Positions 27,569 through 38,656 of a DNA stretch of 64,000 bases are shown here, piece by piece. The position numbers were made by a program, and so were the translations under genes. Each line of letters starts with the position of its first letter. The first letter of the stretch is position 1. The DNA is from Stenotrophomonas sp. MMGLT7. Lineage in GTDB: Bacteria > Pseudomonadota > Gammaproteobacteria > Xanthomonadales > Xanthomonadaceae. The notes beneath the pieces are model-generated. The model was not told where the DNA came from, did not search any database, and was given only the letters and a program-made list of their open reading frames with translations. The stretch spans positions 276,061 through 340,060 of the forward strand of contig NZ_JAJOZS010000003.1 in the NCBI RefSeq assembly GCF_021168555.1, written 5' to 3'.

Positions 27569-29161
27569 ATGTCGGAAGAACACGGTCAACCGCCCCGCGC
27601 GCCCGGAGGCCTGCGCCGGCTGCTGTCGCGCCGGCCCGGCCCGGCCGTGGCCGCCTCGGCCTCGGTAATCGAGGGCGACAGCCGCCGCCTGGCGCCCGCG
27701 GCCAGGCCCGCCGCGGCTGCCCCGGCCAGCGACGCCGCGGCGCTGCGGCGCCTGTTCGCCGAGGCGCACAAGCCCGAGGCGCTGCTGTGCGCCTTCGCCG
27801 ACGGCATGGCCGGCCTGCACGGCGAGCTGCGCGACATGGGCCTGCGGCTGCAGGCGGCCCACGCCGGCGGCGACTGGCCCGGCTACGGCCGCGCCCTGCG
27901 CCAGCTGATCGACAAGTACATCCGCACCATCGACCTGGACAGTGCCGACGACGGCGGCAGCGATGCCGAGCGTCTGCGCGACCTGCTGCGGCACACCCTC
28001 GGCGCGGCGCTGGCGACCCTGCTGCAGCAGGCGCCGCCGCTGGCGGCCGAGGCGCAGGCCATCGGCGGCGCGCTGCGGCACTGGCAGCCGCGCCAGCCGT
28101 TGCAGCCGCTGGAGGCGCGCGTGCGCGAGCTGTGCCACCAGGTCGGCCTGCGCGGCGAGGACGTGCAGGAACAGCAGACGCTGCTGCTGGGCCTGTTCGA
28201 CCTGCTGCTGGAGAACGTGGGCGAGCTGCTCGACGATCGCAGCTGGCTGCAGGGGCAGATCTCGGCGGTGCGCGACCTGATCGCCGGGCCGATCGAGCGC
28301 GGCGCCATCGAGCAGGCGCGCAACGGCCTGCGCGAGGTGATCTACAGGCAGGGCCTGCTCAAGCAGGGCATCGCCGAATCCAAGGCGGCGATGAAGGAGC
28401 TGATGGTCTCCTTCGTCGATCGCCTGGGCAGCATGGCCGCCAGCACCGGCGAGTTCCACGACCGCATCAGCGACCACTCCCAGGCCATCGCCGAGGCACG
28501 CAGCATCGCCGACCTCAACCGCCTGCTGCAGGAGCTGCTGGCCGATACCGGGCGCGTGCAGGAACAGGCGCTGCGCAGCCGCGACCATCTGCTGGCCGCG
28601 CGCGCGCAGGTGGACGAGGCCGAGCAGCGCATCGCCCGGCTGGAACAGGAACTGCGCGACGTCGCCGGACTGGTGCGCGAGGACCAGCTCACCGGCGCGC
28701 TCAACCGCCGCGGCCTCGACGAACTCTACCGGCGCGAGGCCGCGCGCACCGAGCGCAGCGGCCAGCCGCTGTGCCTGGCGATGCTGGACCTGGACGACTT
28801 CCGCCGCATCAACGAGCTGCACGGCCACGCCGGCGGCGACGCCGCGCTGCAGTACCTGGTGCAGGTGATGCACACCGCGCTGCGCAGCAGCGATGCGGTG
28901 GTGCGCCACGGCGGCGAGGAGTTCGTGCTGCTGCTGCCCGATTCCACCCTGTTCGAGGCCACGGCCGCGGTCACCCGCGTGCAGCGCGCGCTGGCGCAGC
29001 GCTCGCTGCTGTTCGAGGACGTGCGCATCTTCCTGACCTTCAGCGCCGGCGTGGCGCTGCGCGCGCCCGGCGAGACCCAGGAGGACCTGCTCAGGCGCGC
29101 CGACGCCGCCATGTACGAGGCCAAGAAGGCCGGCAAGAACCGTATCGTCAACGCCGATTGA
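27569..29161 (+). CDS. diguanylate cyclase (N-terminal helical sensor region + GGDEF domain, active-site GGEEF)
   Basis: …LTGALNRRGLDE…RHGGEEFVLLL…; start MSEEHGQ (27569) preferred over 27458. Confidence 0.8.
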   Translation: MSEEHGQPPRAPGGLRRLLSRRPGPAVAASASVIEGDSRRLAPAARPAAAAPASDAAALRRLFAEAHKPEALLCAFADGMAGLHGELRDMGLRLQAAHAGGDWPGYGRALRQLIDKYIRTIDLDSADDGGSDAERLRDLLRHTLGAALATLLQQAPPLAAEAQAIGGALRHWQPRQPLQPLEARVRELCHQVGLRGEDVQEQQTLLLGLFDLLLENVGELLDDRSWLQGQISAVRDLIAGPIERGAIEQARNGLREVIYRQGLLKQGIAESKAAMKELMVSFVDRLGSMAASTGEFHDRISDHSQAIAEARSIADLNRLLQELLADTGRVQEQALRSRDHLLAARAQVDEAEQRIARLEQELRDVAGLVREDQLTGALNRRGLDELYRREAARTERSGQPLCLAMLDLDDFRRINELHGHAGGDAALQYLVQVMHTALRSSDAVVRHGGEEFVLLLPDSTLFEATAAVTRVQRALAQRSLLFEDVRIFLTFSAGVALRAPGETQEDLLRRADAAMYEAKKAGKNRIVNAD

Positions 29162-29203
29162 CGGCCCCGCCAGCGGGTACTTCCGCCACGCCGGCATCCT
29201 CGC

Positions 29204-29758
29204 TCAGGAGGGCGTTGCAAGCATTCGCTGCAGCGTGCGCGGGTGCACGTTGTAGCGCCGAGCCACTTCCTTCAACGGACTGTGGTTGTCTATCGCACGC
29301 AGCGCCTCGCGGCGCTGCTCCTCGGTCAATGCGCACCTGCGCCCGACATGGATCCCCCTGGCGCGCGCGGCGGCCATGCCGGCCCGGGTCCTCTCGCTGA
29401 TCAAGGCACGCTCGAACTCGGCCAGCGCGGCCATCACGTGGAACAGCAGCATCCCCCCGGGCGAGGTGGTATCGATGTTTTCCGTCAGGGAAATGAAATG
29501 GACATCGCGTTTCCCCAGCTGGTCGACCAGTTCCACCAGCGAACGCAGCGAGCGCCCCAACCGGTCCAGCCGCCATACCGTCAGCGAGTCTCCGGGACGC
29601 AACCGCTCCATCGCCGCATGCAGTCCCGGTCGATCGAACTTTCCGCCGGAAAACCCGTGATCGGTGAGTATGCACCGGCAGCCTGCACGCTCCAGCGCGG
29701 CGACCTGCAGGTCCATGTTCTGATCTTCGGTAGAAACTCTCGCATATCCAACTTTCAT
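29204..29758 (-). CDS. serine recombinase (resolvase/invertase family, Hin/Gin/TnpR-like)
   Basis: MKVGYARVSTEDQNMDLQ… catalytic Ser-10 motif, C-terminal HTH (EVARRYNVHPRTLQRML). No transposase nearby. Confidence 0.85.
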   Translation of the reverse strand: MKVGYARVSTEDQNMDLQVAALERAGCRCILTDHGFSGGKFDRPGLHAAMERLRPGDSLTVWRLDRLGRSLRSLVELVDQLGKRDVHFISLTENIDTTSPGGMLLFHVMAALAEFERALISERTRAGMAAARARGIHVGRRCALTEEQRREALRAIDNHSPLKEVARRYNVHPRTLQRMLATPS

Positions 29759-30028
29759 TCGCCCGCCAAGTAACAGTAAACCCAAGAAGTGCCCGCGGAA
29801 CCAGCGGGGAACGCAAAGCTGGCCGATGCCGCGCAGGCCGGGAAAGAGCGGTTTTGTTCACCTTTTCCAGCGGATGCCGCCGGCCTGCCGGGCCATCGAG
29901 GATTGACAAAAGCGGTCCCTTTTTTCACTCAGGATCGGAAAGCTGCTGCTAGGCTTTTTTCAGGTTTTTCAGGCAATCGACTTGGCTTTCACAAGCCGGT
30001 ACCTATTTTGACGCAAGGGACCCCTTGC

Positions 30029-31312
30029 ATGAAGGACGGCGTCACGGAAACACACACGCGCCGGCGTGAGGTCGCCCGGGCAACAGGGGATTGCCGTTGT
30101 CCGGATACGGACGCCATATCCGCGAACGCCGCGCCGACGCATGCGCTCATCGTGCTGCTGAACCATCCGCACCTGCGGATGGCCTACGGCATCGCCGTGG
30201 CGGAGCGGGTCGCGCGGGAACTGCAGTGGCGGATGCATCTGCGAGGCAGTTCCATCGCCGTGGTCGGCGAGGACTGTTTCCTGGCGACCCTGCCGGAAGG
30301 CGAGCCACCGCTCGGCGTGATCGGATGCTGGCTCGTCGCCCTGTGCAGCCAGCCCATCGCCTCTGTCGAGGGCAGCGTACTGCCGCTGATCTCCATCGGC
30401 CTGGTCCACGTCCAGGGCGTCGGCAGGCACACGCCATCGACGATCGACCGGCTGGGACCGGGCAGTGTCCAGCCGCCGCTTCCACCGCAGTACAGCCTGC
30501 AATGGCGCATCGATTACGAACGCGACATGGCCACTGCCTTGGTGTTCTTCGAAAGGATGCGCGCAGGCGCCTGCTCGCTGACGCTGCAACCGGTGGTCAG
30601 CCGGCATTCCTGCGGAACACAGCTGTACAGCGAAGCGCTGCTGCGCATACGCGACACGTCCACCGATGCTGCGCCGCCGCTGATGGACGTGCTGGGCGCG
30701 CTGCGCAGGACCGGGCTGATCCGCCTGCTCGACCATTGCGTGGTCCATGCGGCCATCGAAGGGCTGGCGCAGGACCCCGCCTTGCAGCTGGGATGCAACA
30801 TTTCCGCCTGGAGCACGGTACTGGACAGCTGGTGGAGCGAGGCGATCGACCGTCTCTCGCGCCTGCCGGAAGTGGCCTCGCGCCTGACCATCGAACTGAC
30901 GGAAGACGTGCCGCTTCCCGACCCGCGTTCGGCGCTGGCGCTCGTCAACCGACTGCACCAGCTTGGCTGCCGCGTCGCCATCGACGACTTCGGCGCGGGA
31001 ACCGGTGCCGGCGGGCTGGAATTCAGCATCCGCGCGCGACCGGACGTGATCAAGATAGACCGCAAGTTCCTCCAGGCGGCCCACCGCAGCGGCCGCGAGC
31101 AGCGCGCCTTCGCCCACCTGGTAGGACTGTGCCGGACACTTGCCGACTACGTGGTCATGGAAGGAGTGGAACAGCCCGGCGATCTGGTGCATCTGGATGC
31201 GGCCGGTGTCGACTGGTTCCAGGGCTATCTGGTCGATGGATGGGAGAAGGCGCCGGTACCGGTGCCGATGCGGACGCCGGGGCGATGGGACGCGAACCCT
31301 CCGTCCATGTGA
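30029..31312 (+). CDS. EAL-domain c-di-GMP phosphodiesterase with ~190-aa N-terminal domain of unknown function
   Basis: EAL-type motifs ELTEDVP, IDDFGAGTGAGGL, VIKIDRKF, EGVEQP; upstream 270 bp is AT-rich relative to genome. Confidence 0.8.
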   Translation: MKDGVTETHTRRREVARATGDCRCPDTDAISANAAPTHALIVLLNHPHLRMAYGIAVAERVARELQWRMHLRGSSIAVVGEDCFLATLPEGEPPLGVIGCWLVALCSQPIASVEGSVLPLISIGLVHVQGVGRHTPSTIDRLGPGSVQPPLPPQYSLQWRIDYERDMATALVFFERMRAGACSLTLQPVVSRHSCGTQLYSEALLRIRDTSTDAAPPLMDVLGALRRTGLIRLLDHCVVHAAIEGLAQDPALQLGCNISAWSTVLDSWWSEAIDRLSRLPEVASRLTIELTEDVPLPDPRSALALVNRLHQLGCRVAIDDFGAGTGAGGLEFSIRARPDVIKIDRKFLQAAHRSGREQRAFAHLVGLCRTLADYVVMEGVEQPGDLVHLDAAGVDWFQGYLVDGWEKAPVPVPMRTPGRWDANPPSM

Positions 31313-31469
31313 TCCGACCGGCCTTGCCGGTGCCGGGCCAGCCGCCGCGCGCGGCGGACAGCGATGATGCGCGTGGCCGCAAACGGCGGCACGGGCGCCG
31401 GCCAGGGCCATGCCGCCACCGCCCGATCTCCCGTTTCCGGCGCAGGCCCGTCCACAGGAGCAGACCCGC

Positions 31470-32531
31470 ATGATCTTCTTCCCGAAAATCGTGATCGGCG
31501 ACGGCGAGCGCGGCCTGCTCTATCGCGACAGGCGCCTGCGCGGCGTGCTCGTCCCGGGCATCCACCGCTACTTCGATCCGTTCCGGCGCATCGAGGTGGA
31601 GGTGTACCCGGTCAACGCGCGCAGATACACCGGACCGGACGCCGGAACGCTGCTCGCCAGCCTCGGCGGCGAGGCCTACCGGCATTTTCTCGTGGCCGAC
31701 ATCGGCGAGGCCGAAGTCGGCCTGCTCAGCCGCGACGGCAGGCTGGAGGAGGTCCTGCCGCCCGGCTCGCGCCAGCTCTACTGGCGGGGCGAAGCCGACC
31801 TGCAGGTGCACACGCTTCCGCTGGAGCGGGTCCCGCGGGTTCCCCCGGACATCCGGCTGCGGCTGCGCCAGCTGGGCCTGTTGCCGCGCGTGGCGGTCAC
31901 GCTGGACGTGCCTTCCGGATGGGCCGGACTGGTGACCATCGATGGCCAGATGGCGCCGGTGCTGGCGTCAGGCAGCCATGCGTTCTGGAACTTCCAGAGC
32001 AATATCCTCGCCGAGACGGTCGACCTGCGGGTGCAATCGCTGGAAGTCGACCGGCAGGCGCTGCTGACCCTGGACAAGGTGAGCATCCACATGAACCTGA
32101 CGGCGAGCCTGCGCGTGCACGATCCGGCGAAGGCGCGCCAGATCGCACAGGTGGACGTCTTCGTCCGGCACCTCCTGCAGCACGCGTTGAGAAGCATCGC
32201 CGCGTCCCGCTCGCTCGACGAACTGGTCCAGGACAGGTCGGCGTTGGACGAGCAGATCCAGGCCCGCCTGTGTCCGGCGCTGCACGGCTTCGGCATCGAG
32301 ATCCTCGGCATCAGCGTCAGGAACATCCTGCTGCCGGACCCGCTGGCGGAGAACCTCAACCGCCAGGCGGAAGCCAACAACCTGGCGGCCGGCCCGCCGG
32401 CACTGTCACCGACGGAAACCGACGCTCTGCAGGCCATGCTCGGCATCGCGCAGATGATCGGCAGTTCGACACGGCCGCTGAGTCCGCTGCCTGCCGCCCG
32501 TCCGCCCCACTCCATGGCCGGCCCCGACTAG
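31470..32531 (+). CDS. SPFH/band-7 domain protein with duplicated N-terminal motif
   Basis: C-terminal SPFH-like block (…SGSHAFWNFQSNILAETVDLRVQSLEV…LTLDKVSIHMNLTASLRV…); N-terminus has internal repeat GERGLLYRDRRLRGVLVPG / AEVGLLSRDGRLEEVLPPG. Confidence 0.65.
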   Translation: MIFFPKIVIGDGERGLLYRDRRLRGVLVPGIHRYFDPFRRIEVEVYPVNARRYTGPDAGTLLASLGGEAYRHFLVADIGEAEVGLLSRDGRLEEVLPPGSRQLYWRGEADLQVHTLPLERVPRVPPDIRLRLRQLGLLPRVAVTLDVPSGWAGLVTIDGQMAPVLASGSHAFWNFQSNILAETVDLRVQSLEVDRQALLTLDKVSIHMNLTASLRVHDPAKARQIAQVDVFVRHLLQHALRSIAASRSLDELVQDRSALDEQIQARLCPALHGFGIEILGISVRNILLPDPLAENLNRQAEANNLAAGPPALSPTETDALQAMLGIAQMIGSSTRPLSPLPAARPPHSMAGPD

Positions 32532-32573
32532 CAGTGCCATCGGACAGGACGGTCCGTGCCCGGCCAGGGCGTG

Positions 32574-33473
<900 letters not shown>

Positions 33474-33770
33474 GGGGCGTTCCGTCGGATGGGGGGGGAG
33501 CGGGATTCTCCCCGATTCTCCACCGCTCCGGCATGAAATCCTGCTGCCGTCGGCGGCGGGCGCCCGGGCCGGCACGCTCCACCTGCACGCCGCCGACACA
33601 TTCCCCAACGTCGGGTGTGACCCAGTTCGCAACAAACATTTCAGTCAGCTTTGTGTTGGCATGCTCCGTGTCATACGGTTGTCATGGTGTCATGCACTGT
33701 GGCGACACCCATCCGGCAGGTGACGTGCGTGCGCACGCCTGCCCAACTCTTCACCGGATGAGCGTCGAAC

Positions 33771-35879
33771 ATGGCCTGGATCCTGCTGGTTTCGCTGTTG
33801 TTGCTGGTGGCGCTGACGCTCGCTTCGCGTCGCTGGGTATGGATGAAGGCCGCGGGGCTGTCGCTGCTGCTGGTGGCGCTGAGTTCGTGGTGGCTGATCG
33901 ACCGCCTCAGCGGCGACGGCATCAACGCCGCCACCCTCTACCACCTGAGCGCGGACATGGAAGGCGCCGGCGTCGGCGACTTCAAGGGCTACATCGCCGC
34001 CTACTTGGCCCTGCTGCTGGTCTCGCTGCTGCCGCTGGCGCTGCCGCGCATCCGCCGCTTCGCCCGCGACAGCCGCGGCCACGCCTCGCTGGCCGGCTTC
34101 GTGGCGCTGTTCGTGGTCGCCGTCGGCGCCAGCCCGCTGTATGCCGACGGCCGCCGCATCTACCACCAGCTGCAGCCGGTGGACTACACCCCGGTGGTCG
34201 CCGAGTACGTGCGCCCGGAGCAGCCGCTGGCCAAGCGCCGCAACATCGTCTGGATCTACGGCGAGAGCCTGGAACGCACCTACCTGGACCAGAAGGCCTT
34301 CCCCGGGCTGATGCCCAACCTGTCGCGGCTGGCGGCGCAGGGCCTGGACTTCCGCAGCCTGGACTCGGCCGAGGGCGGCGGCTGGACCATCGCCGGGCTG
34401 GTGTCGTCGATGTGCGGCGTGCCGCTGACCACCTCGCCGGGCGACGAGAACAGCATGGGCCGGATGGGCCGCTTCCTGCCCGAGGCGCAGTGCCTGGGCG
34501 ACTACCTCAAGGCCCAGGGCTACAGCAACCACTACGTCGGCGGCGCCACCGGCCTGTTCGCCGGCAAGGGCCACTTCCTGGAAAGCCACGGCTTCGACGA
34601 GGTGCGCGACCTGGAGTACTTCCAGCAGCGCAAGATCGGCCCGGAGCACTTCTCCACCTGGGGCGTGCACGACGACGTGATGCTCGACGACGCCTGGGAC
34701 AGCTTCCAGAAGCTCGCGCGCAAGGGCCAGCCGTTCATGCTGACCGCGCTGACCATGGACACCCACCATCCGGCCGGCCACCTGCCGGTGTCGTGCAAGG
34801 ACACCCGCTACGAAAGCCGCTACGGCAACATCGGCCTGCTCAACGCGCTCAAGTGCAGCGACCGGCTGATCTACGAGCTGGTGCAGAAGATCCGCAACAG
34901 CCCGCAGGGCGAGGACACCCTCATCGTCATCGCCTCCGACCACCTGGCCATGCCCAACGACCTCAGCCGCGTGCTGGCCAAGCTCGACCGCGAGAACCTG
35001 CTGCTGTTCCTGGGCAAGGACATCGTGCCGCAGCAGGTGGCCGCGAAGAACGGCACCACGCTCGATTCCGGCGCCACCCTGCTGAGCCTGCTGGACCCCA
35101 AGATCGACGCCATCGGCTTCGGCCGCTCGCTGCTGCTGCCGGCCAGTGCGCGCGCCAGCGCCAGCGCCGCCGCCTTCCGCGAGGACGGCAAGGACTACCC
35201 GCGCTACCTGGCCTACGCGCGCTCGCTGTGGACCGGTCCGCCCAACCGCACCCTGCGCATGGACGAGGACGAGCGCGTGGTCATCGGCGCCCAGCAGGTC
35301 AAGCCGCCGGTGCTGCTGGAGTACGACAGGCAGTGGAACATCAAGGCGGTGTACCTGGAGAACACCTCGCGCCAGTTCGAGCGCGCCAACCGCCGCAACA
35401 CGCTGGCCTACGTCGACCGCTGCACCGCCTTCGAGGACGGCTCGGTCGACGGCGACTGGTGCGCGCTGCTGGTGGACCGCCACAGCGGCAGCCGGCTGGT
35501 GCACGACGCCGATCTCAAGCGCGGCATCGAGGTCGGCGCCGGGATCGGCCAGGTCGCCGACGCCTCGGCGCGGGTGCGGCAGTCGTTCATGATCACGCGC
35601 AAGGCCGAGAAGGCCAATCCCGGCCGCTACATCCTGCAGGTATGGGCGCGGCAGCAGCCGACGCGGCCGTTCTGGATCGAGGCGATCTCGGCCAACGGCA
35701 AGGTGGTGATGGCCCAGCAGTGGGTGCAGCCCGACGCCTCCGGCAGGATCAGCGTGCCGCTGGGCCTGGACTACGAGGTCGACGACCTGGAGATCCGCGC
35801 CTGGCTGGACTACACCGAGCGGCTGGCGGTGGAGAGCTACGCGCTGGTGCCGTCGCTGGACGCGGACGAGAGTTCCTGA
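33771..35879 (+). CDS. phosphoglycerol-transferase / sulfatase-family membrane enzyme (OpgB/MdoB-like)
   Basis: 702 aa; N-terminal TM segments then alkaline-phosphatase-superfamily domain (NIVWIYGESLE…, DTHHPAGHL, VIASDHLAM). Confidence 0.75.
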   Translation: MAWILLVSLLLLVALTLASRRWVWMKAAGLSLLLVALSSWWLIDRLSGDGINAATLYHLSADMEGAGVGDFKGYIAAYLALLLVSLLPLALPRIRRFARDSRGHASLAGFVALFVVAVGASPLYADGRRIYHQLQPVDYTPVVAEYVRPEQPLAKRRNIVWIYGESLERTYLDQKAFPGLMPNLSRLAAQGLDFRSLDSAEGGGWTIAGLVSSMCGVPLTTSPGDENSMGRMGRFLPEAQCLGDYLKAQGYSNHYVGGATGLFAGKGHFLESHGFDEVRDLEYFQQRKIGPEHFSTWGVHDDVMLDDAWDSFQKLARKGQPFMLTALTMDTHHPAGHLPVSCKDTRYESRYGNIGLLNALKCSDRLIYELVQKIRNSPQGEDTLIVIASDHLAMPNDLSRVLAKLDRENLLLFLGKDIVPQQVAAKNGTTLDSGATLLSLLDPKIDAIGFGRSLLLPASARASASAAAFREDGKDYPRYLAYARSLWTGPPNRTLRMDEDERVVIGAQQVKPPVLLEYDRQWNIKAVYLENTSRQFERANRRNTLAYVDRCTAFEDGSVDGDWCALLVDRHSGSRLVHDADLKRGIEVGAGIGQVADASARVRQSFMITRKAEKANPGRYILQVWARQQPTRPFWIEAISANGKVVMAQQWVQPDASGRISVPLGLDYEVDDLEIRAWLDYTERLAVESYALVPSLDADESS

Positions 35880-35909
35880 GCCTGTCCCAAGGATCCGCAG
35901 CAGCGACCT

Positions 35910-35990
35910 GTGTAGGAGCGACTTCAGTCGCGATGGGGCTCTACCGGTAAGGCCTCATCACGACTGAAGTCGCTCCTACGTCGTTCCTAT
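35910..35990. repeat. REP-type palindromic element
   Basis: tgtaggagcgacttcagtcgcgatggggctctaccggtaaggcctcatcacgactgaagtcgctcctacg; between opgB-like and mscK-like genes. Confidence 0.8.
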
Positions 35991-36038
35991 GTCGTTCCTG
36001 CGCATGTGGCCGCCTGGCGGCGATCGCGCGCCCTGTCG

Positions 36039-38516
36039 CTATTCCCGGCCGCCGCCGTCCCTGTCCTGGTGCACCTCGCCGACGATGCGGATGTCCTGCG
36101 GCGTGGCCAGGGCGATGTGCTCCTCGGCCAGGGCCTCGAGCAGGCGGAAATACAGGTCGCTGCGCACCCCGTAGACGTTGCGCGGACTGGAAACATAGGC
36201 GAACGAGTTGATCGCCACCTGTCCGCCGGCGATCGAATCGATGAACACCGACGGCGCCGGCTCGTCCAGCACGCCCGGGTGCTCGGCATAGAGAGCCAGC
36301 AGCAGCTCGCGCACCCGTCCCACGTCGCTGCCCAGCGGCAGCGAGAACTGGATCTGCACGCGCCCCAGCGGGCTGGACATGGTCATGTTGCGGATGGTCT
36401 TGGTGATCAGCTCGGAGTTGGGCACGATCAGCGTCGACTTGTCGGCCACCTGGATCTCGGTGGAACGCACGCTGATGCGGCGGATGTCGCCCTCCTGGTC
36501 GCCGATCTTGATCCAGTCGCCGATCTTCACCGGCCGCTCGGCCATCAGGATCAGCCCGGAGACGAAGTTCTGGGTGATCGCCTGCAGGCCGAAGCCGATG
36601 CCCACCGACAGCGCGCTCACCATCAGCGCCAACTTCTCCAGCCCCAGCCCCAGCGCGGTCAGCGTCCACAGCGCCACCAGCGCGATGCCGAGGTAGCGCG
36701 CCACCGTGGCGATGGACGACTTGGAGGAGGCGTCCAGTTCGGTCTTGGGCAGGTAGGTGTCCACCAGCCAGCGCTGGATCACCTGCATCAGCCCCAGGCC
36801 CACCGCCAGCACGATCAACGCGCGCAGCAGGTCGCCCGGCATCAGCTTGAGCTTGCCGATCTCCAGGCCGTTGTTGGCGATGTCCATCCAGCCGAACAGC
36901 GTGGAGAAGTTGGAGCCGAACGGCTGCAGCACCGCACTCAGCCCGAACACCAGCAGCATGATGCGCAGCACCGCCGACAGCAGCACCCCCGCCTGCTCCA
37001 TGTGGCTGGGCCGCAGCCCCAGCGCGCTGTTGGCGGCGCGACCGAAGCGGCTGTCCGGGGCGAACAGCCAGCGCGAGAAGTCGTCGGCGAACATCGTCAG
37101 CACCGCCAGCGCGCCGAGCACCACCGCCACCCAGATCACCTGGCGGGTGGCGAACAGGGCGAAGTCGACATAGCCGGCCAGCACCGCCACCAGCGCCACG
37201 GCGACCACCAGGTTGACCACCAGCGCCACCAGCACCACGACCGAGCTGCGGCGCTGCGGCGCGGGCGCCGGTTCGCCCTCGGCGGCCGGCGCGTCCTGCG
37301 CCGGCGGGCGGTGCAGGCGCAGCAGGCTGGCGATCATCGCCATCACCAGCAGCGCGAACGCCAGCGCCACCGCACCCTCCACCACCAGCGTGGTGGAGGC
37401 ACTGGTGCGCCCGGCGCGGTTGATCAGCAGGACCAGCCCGCTGATCCAGGCCAGCAGCGCGGTGGCTCGCGCATAGCGGCGCAGCCGCACCGCGGTGGCG
37501 TCGTCGATCGGCAGCAGCCGCCACGACGGCTGGTTCGGCATCAGCAGGCTGGCGCTGACCGCGCTGATCAGCGCGGACAGCACGCTGATGAGGACGAAGT
37601 TGCCCGCCAGCAGTTCCAGCCGCGGCGGCAGCGCGCCGATCCCGAGCAGCGCCTGCACCACCAGCGCCGCCGCCAGGCCCGGCATCAGCGTGCGCACCAG
37701 CAGTTGCCACAGCGCCAGCCCCGACCGCCGCAGCCGGCTGCCCGGCGCATTGCGGCTGGCGGCGTAGCGCCGGCCCAGCCAGCGCAGCAGCTGGTTCAGC
37801 GGCCACAGCAGCAGCGCCGCCGCCACCAGCTCGGCCAGCGGCAGCATCCAGCCGTCCTTGGCCACGCCGCTGCGGATGCCGTCGGCGACCACGCCGTACA
37901 GCGCCCGCAGACGCTGCAGGTCGTCCGGGAACTGCTGCCCGACCTGCCGCCAGGTCGAGGCCGCCAGCGGCGAGGAATAGCGCCGCGACAACTGCGCGCC
38001 CAGGCGCTGGCCGAACTCGCGCTCGATGGTGGCGTTGAGCTGCTGTGCCTCAACCTTCAGCAGGCCGGCGCGCTTGATCTGCGCGTCGACCTCGCTGCGC
38101 TGCTTGTTCAGCTCGGCGCGGCGGGTGGTCAGTTCCCGCGCCTCGGTGGTGCCGTCCGCGGCCGCGCCCAGCTGCGCCAGCCGCGCATCGAGCTGGTCGC
38201 GCTCCGGCGTCAGCGAACGCTCCACCGACTCGGCGTCGCGCTGCGCCGCCAGCACCGTGTCGCCCAATCCGCGCAGCGCATCCTGGTCGTCGGTGTCGTC
38301 CAGCTGCTTCTGCACCGTGGCCAGCGCCTTCTCGGCCTGGTCGAGCAGCGCCACCGGATCGGTGTCGGCCGCATCGTCCTGCACCTGCGCCAACGCCGGC
38401 ATCGCCAGCAGCAGCCAGCCGCACAGCAGCAGCCACGCGTACAGGCGGCGACGGAGGGGAGATTCGGGGATCAGGCTCGGCACGGGCTTGGGCAGGCTCA
38501 CGGGAGGAGCCGGCAT
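36039..38516 (-). CDS. mechanosensitive channel MscK/KefA family (large MscS-type)
   Basis: 825 aa; signal + long periplasmic coiled-coil region, 11 TM, C-terminal MscS core (…GLQAITQNFVSGLILMAERPVKIGDWIKIGDQEGDIRRISVRSTEI…). Confidence 0.85.
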   Translation of the reverse strand: MPAPPVSLPKPVPSLIPESPLRRRLYAWLLLCGWLLLAMPALAQVQDDAADTDPVALLDQAEKALATVQKQLDDTDDQDALRGLGDTVLAAQRDAESVERSLTPERDQLDARLAQLGAAADGTTEARELTTRRAELNKQRSEVDAQIKRAGLLKVEAQQLNATIEREFGQRLGAQLSRRYSSPLAASTWRQVGQQFPDDLQRLRALYGVVADGIRSGVAKDGWMLPLAELVAAALLLWPLNQLLRWLGRRYAASRNAPGSRLRRSGLALWQLLVRTLMPGLAAALVVQALLGIGALPPRLELLAGNFVLISVLSALISAVSASLLMPNQPSWRLLPIDDATAVRLRRYARATALLAWISGLVLLINRAGRTSASTTLVVEGAVALAFALLVMAMIASLLRLHRPPAQDAPAAEGEPAPAPQRRSSVVVLVALVVNLVVAVALVAVLAGYVDFALFATRQVIWVAVVLGALAVLTMFADDFSRWLFAPDSRFGRAANSALGLRPSHMEQAGVLLSAVLRIMLLVFGLSAVLQPFGSNFSTLFGWMDIANNGLEIGKLKLMPGDLLRALIVLAVGLGLMQVIQRWLVDTYLPKTELDASSKSSIATVARYLGIALVALWTLTALGLGLEKLALMVSALSVGIGFGLQAITQNFVSGLILMAERPVKIGDWIKIGDQEGDIRRISVRSTEIQVADKSTLIVPNSELITKTIRNMTMSSPLGRVQIQFSLPLGSDVGRVRELLLALYAEHPGVLDEPAPSVFIDSIAGGQVAINSFAYVSSPRNVYGVRSDLYFRLLEALAEEHIALATPQDIRIVGEVHQDRDGGGRE

Positions 38517-38571
38517 ATTAAGCCAGCGAGGGTGCAGGCCTGGTGCCGGTAGCCAAGCAAGGTCGCGCGAC

Positions 38572-38643
38572 CTGTAGGAGCGACTTCAGTCGCGATCGGG
38601 CCTCACCGGTGAAGCCCGATCGCGACTGAAGTCGCTCCTACGG
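38572..38643. repeat. REP-type palindromic element
   Basis: tgtaggagcgacttcagtcgcgatcgggcctcaccggtgaagcccgatcgcgactgaagtcgctcctacgg. Confidence 0.8.
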
Positions 38644-38656
38644 CCGGGCTACACGC

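Noticed and set aside
25220-29197. 1369-aa minus ORF spanning TBDR plus GGDEF region, and 745-aa/665-aa + ORFs
   Set aside because: The 1369-aa call fuses the real TBDR (to ATG 27262) with antisense of the GGDEF gene; others are shadows.
29162-30028. Invertible promoter (fim/hin-type switch) controlled by the resolvase
   Set aside because: Could not find inverted repeats longer than 8-9 bp flanking a plausible promoter segment by eye; left as a hypothesis only.
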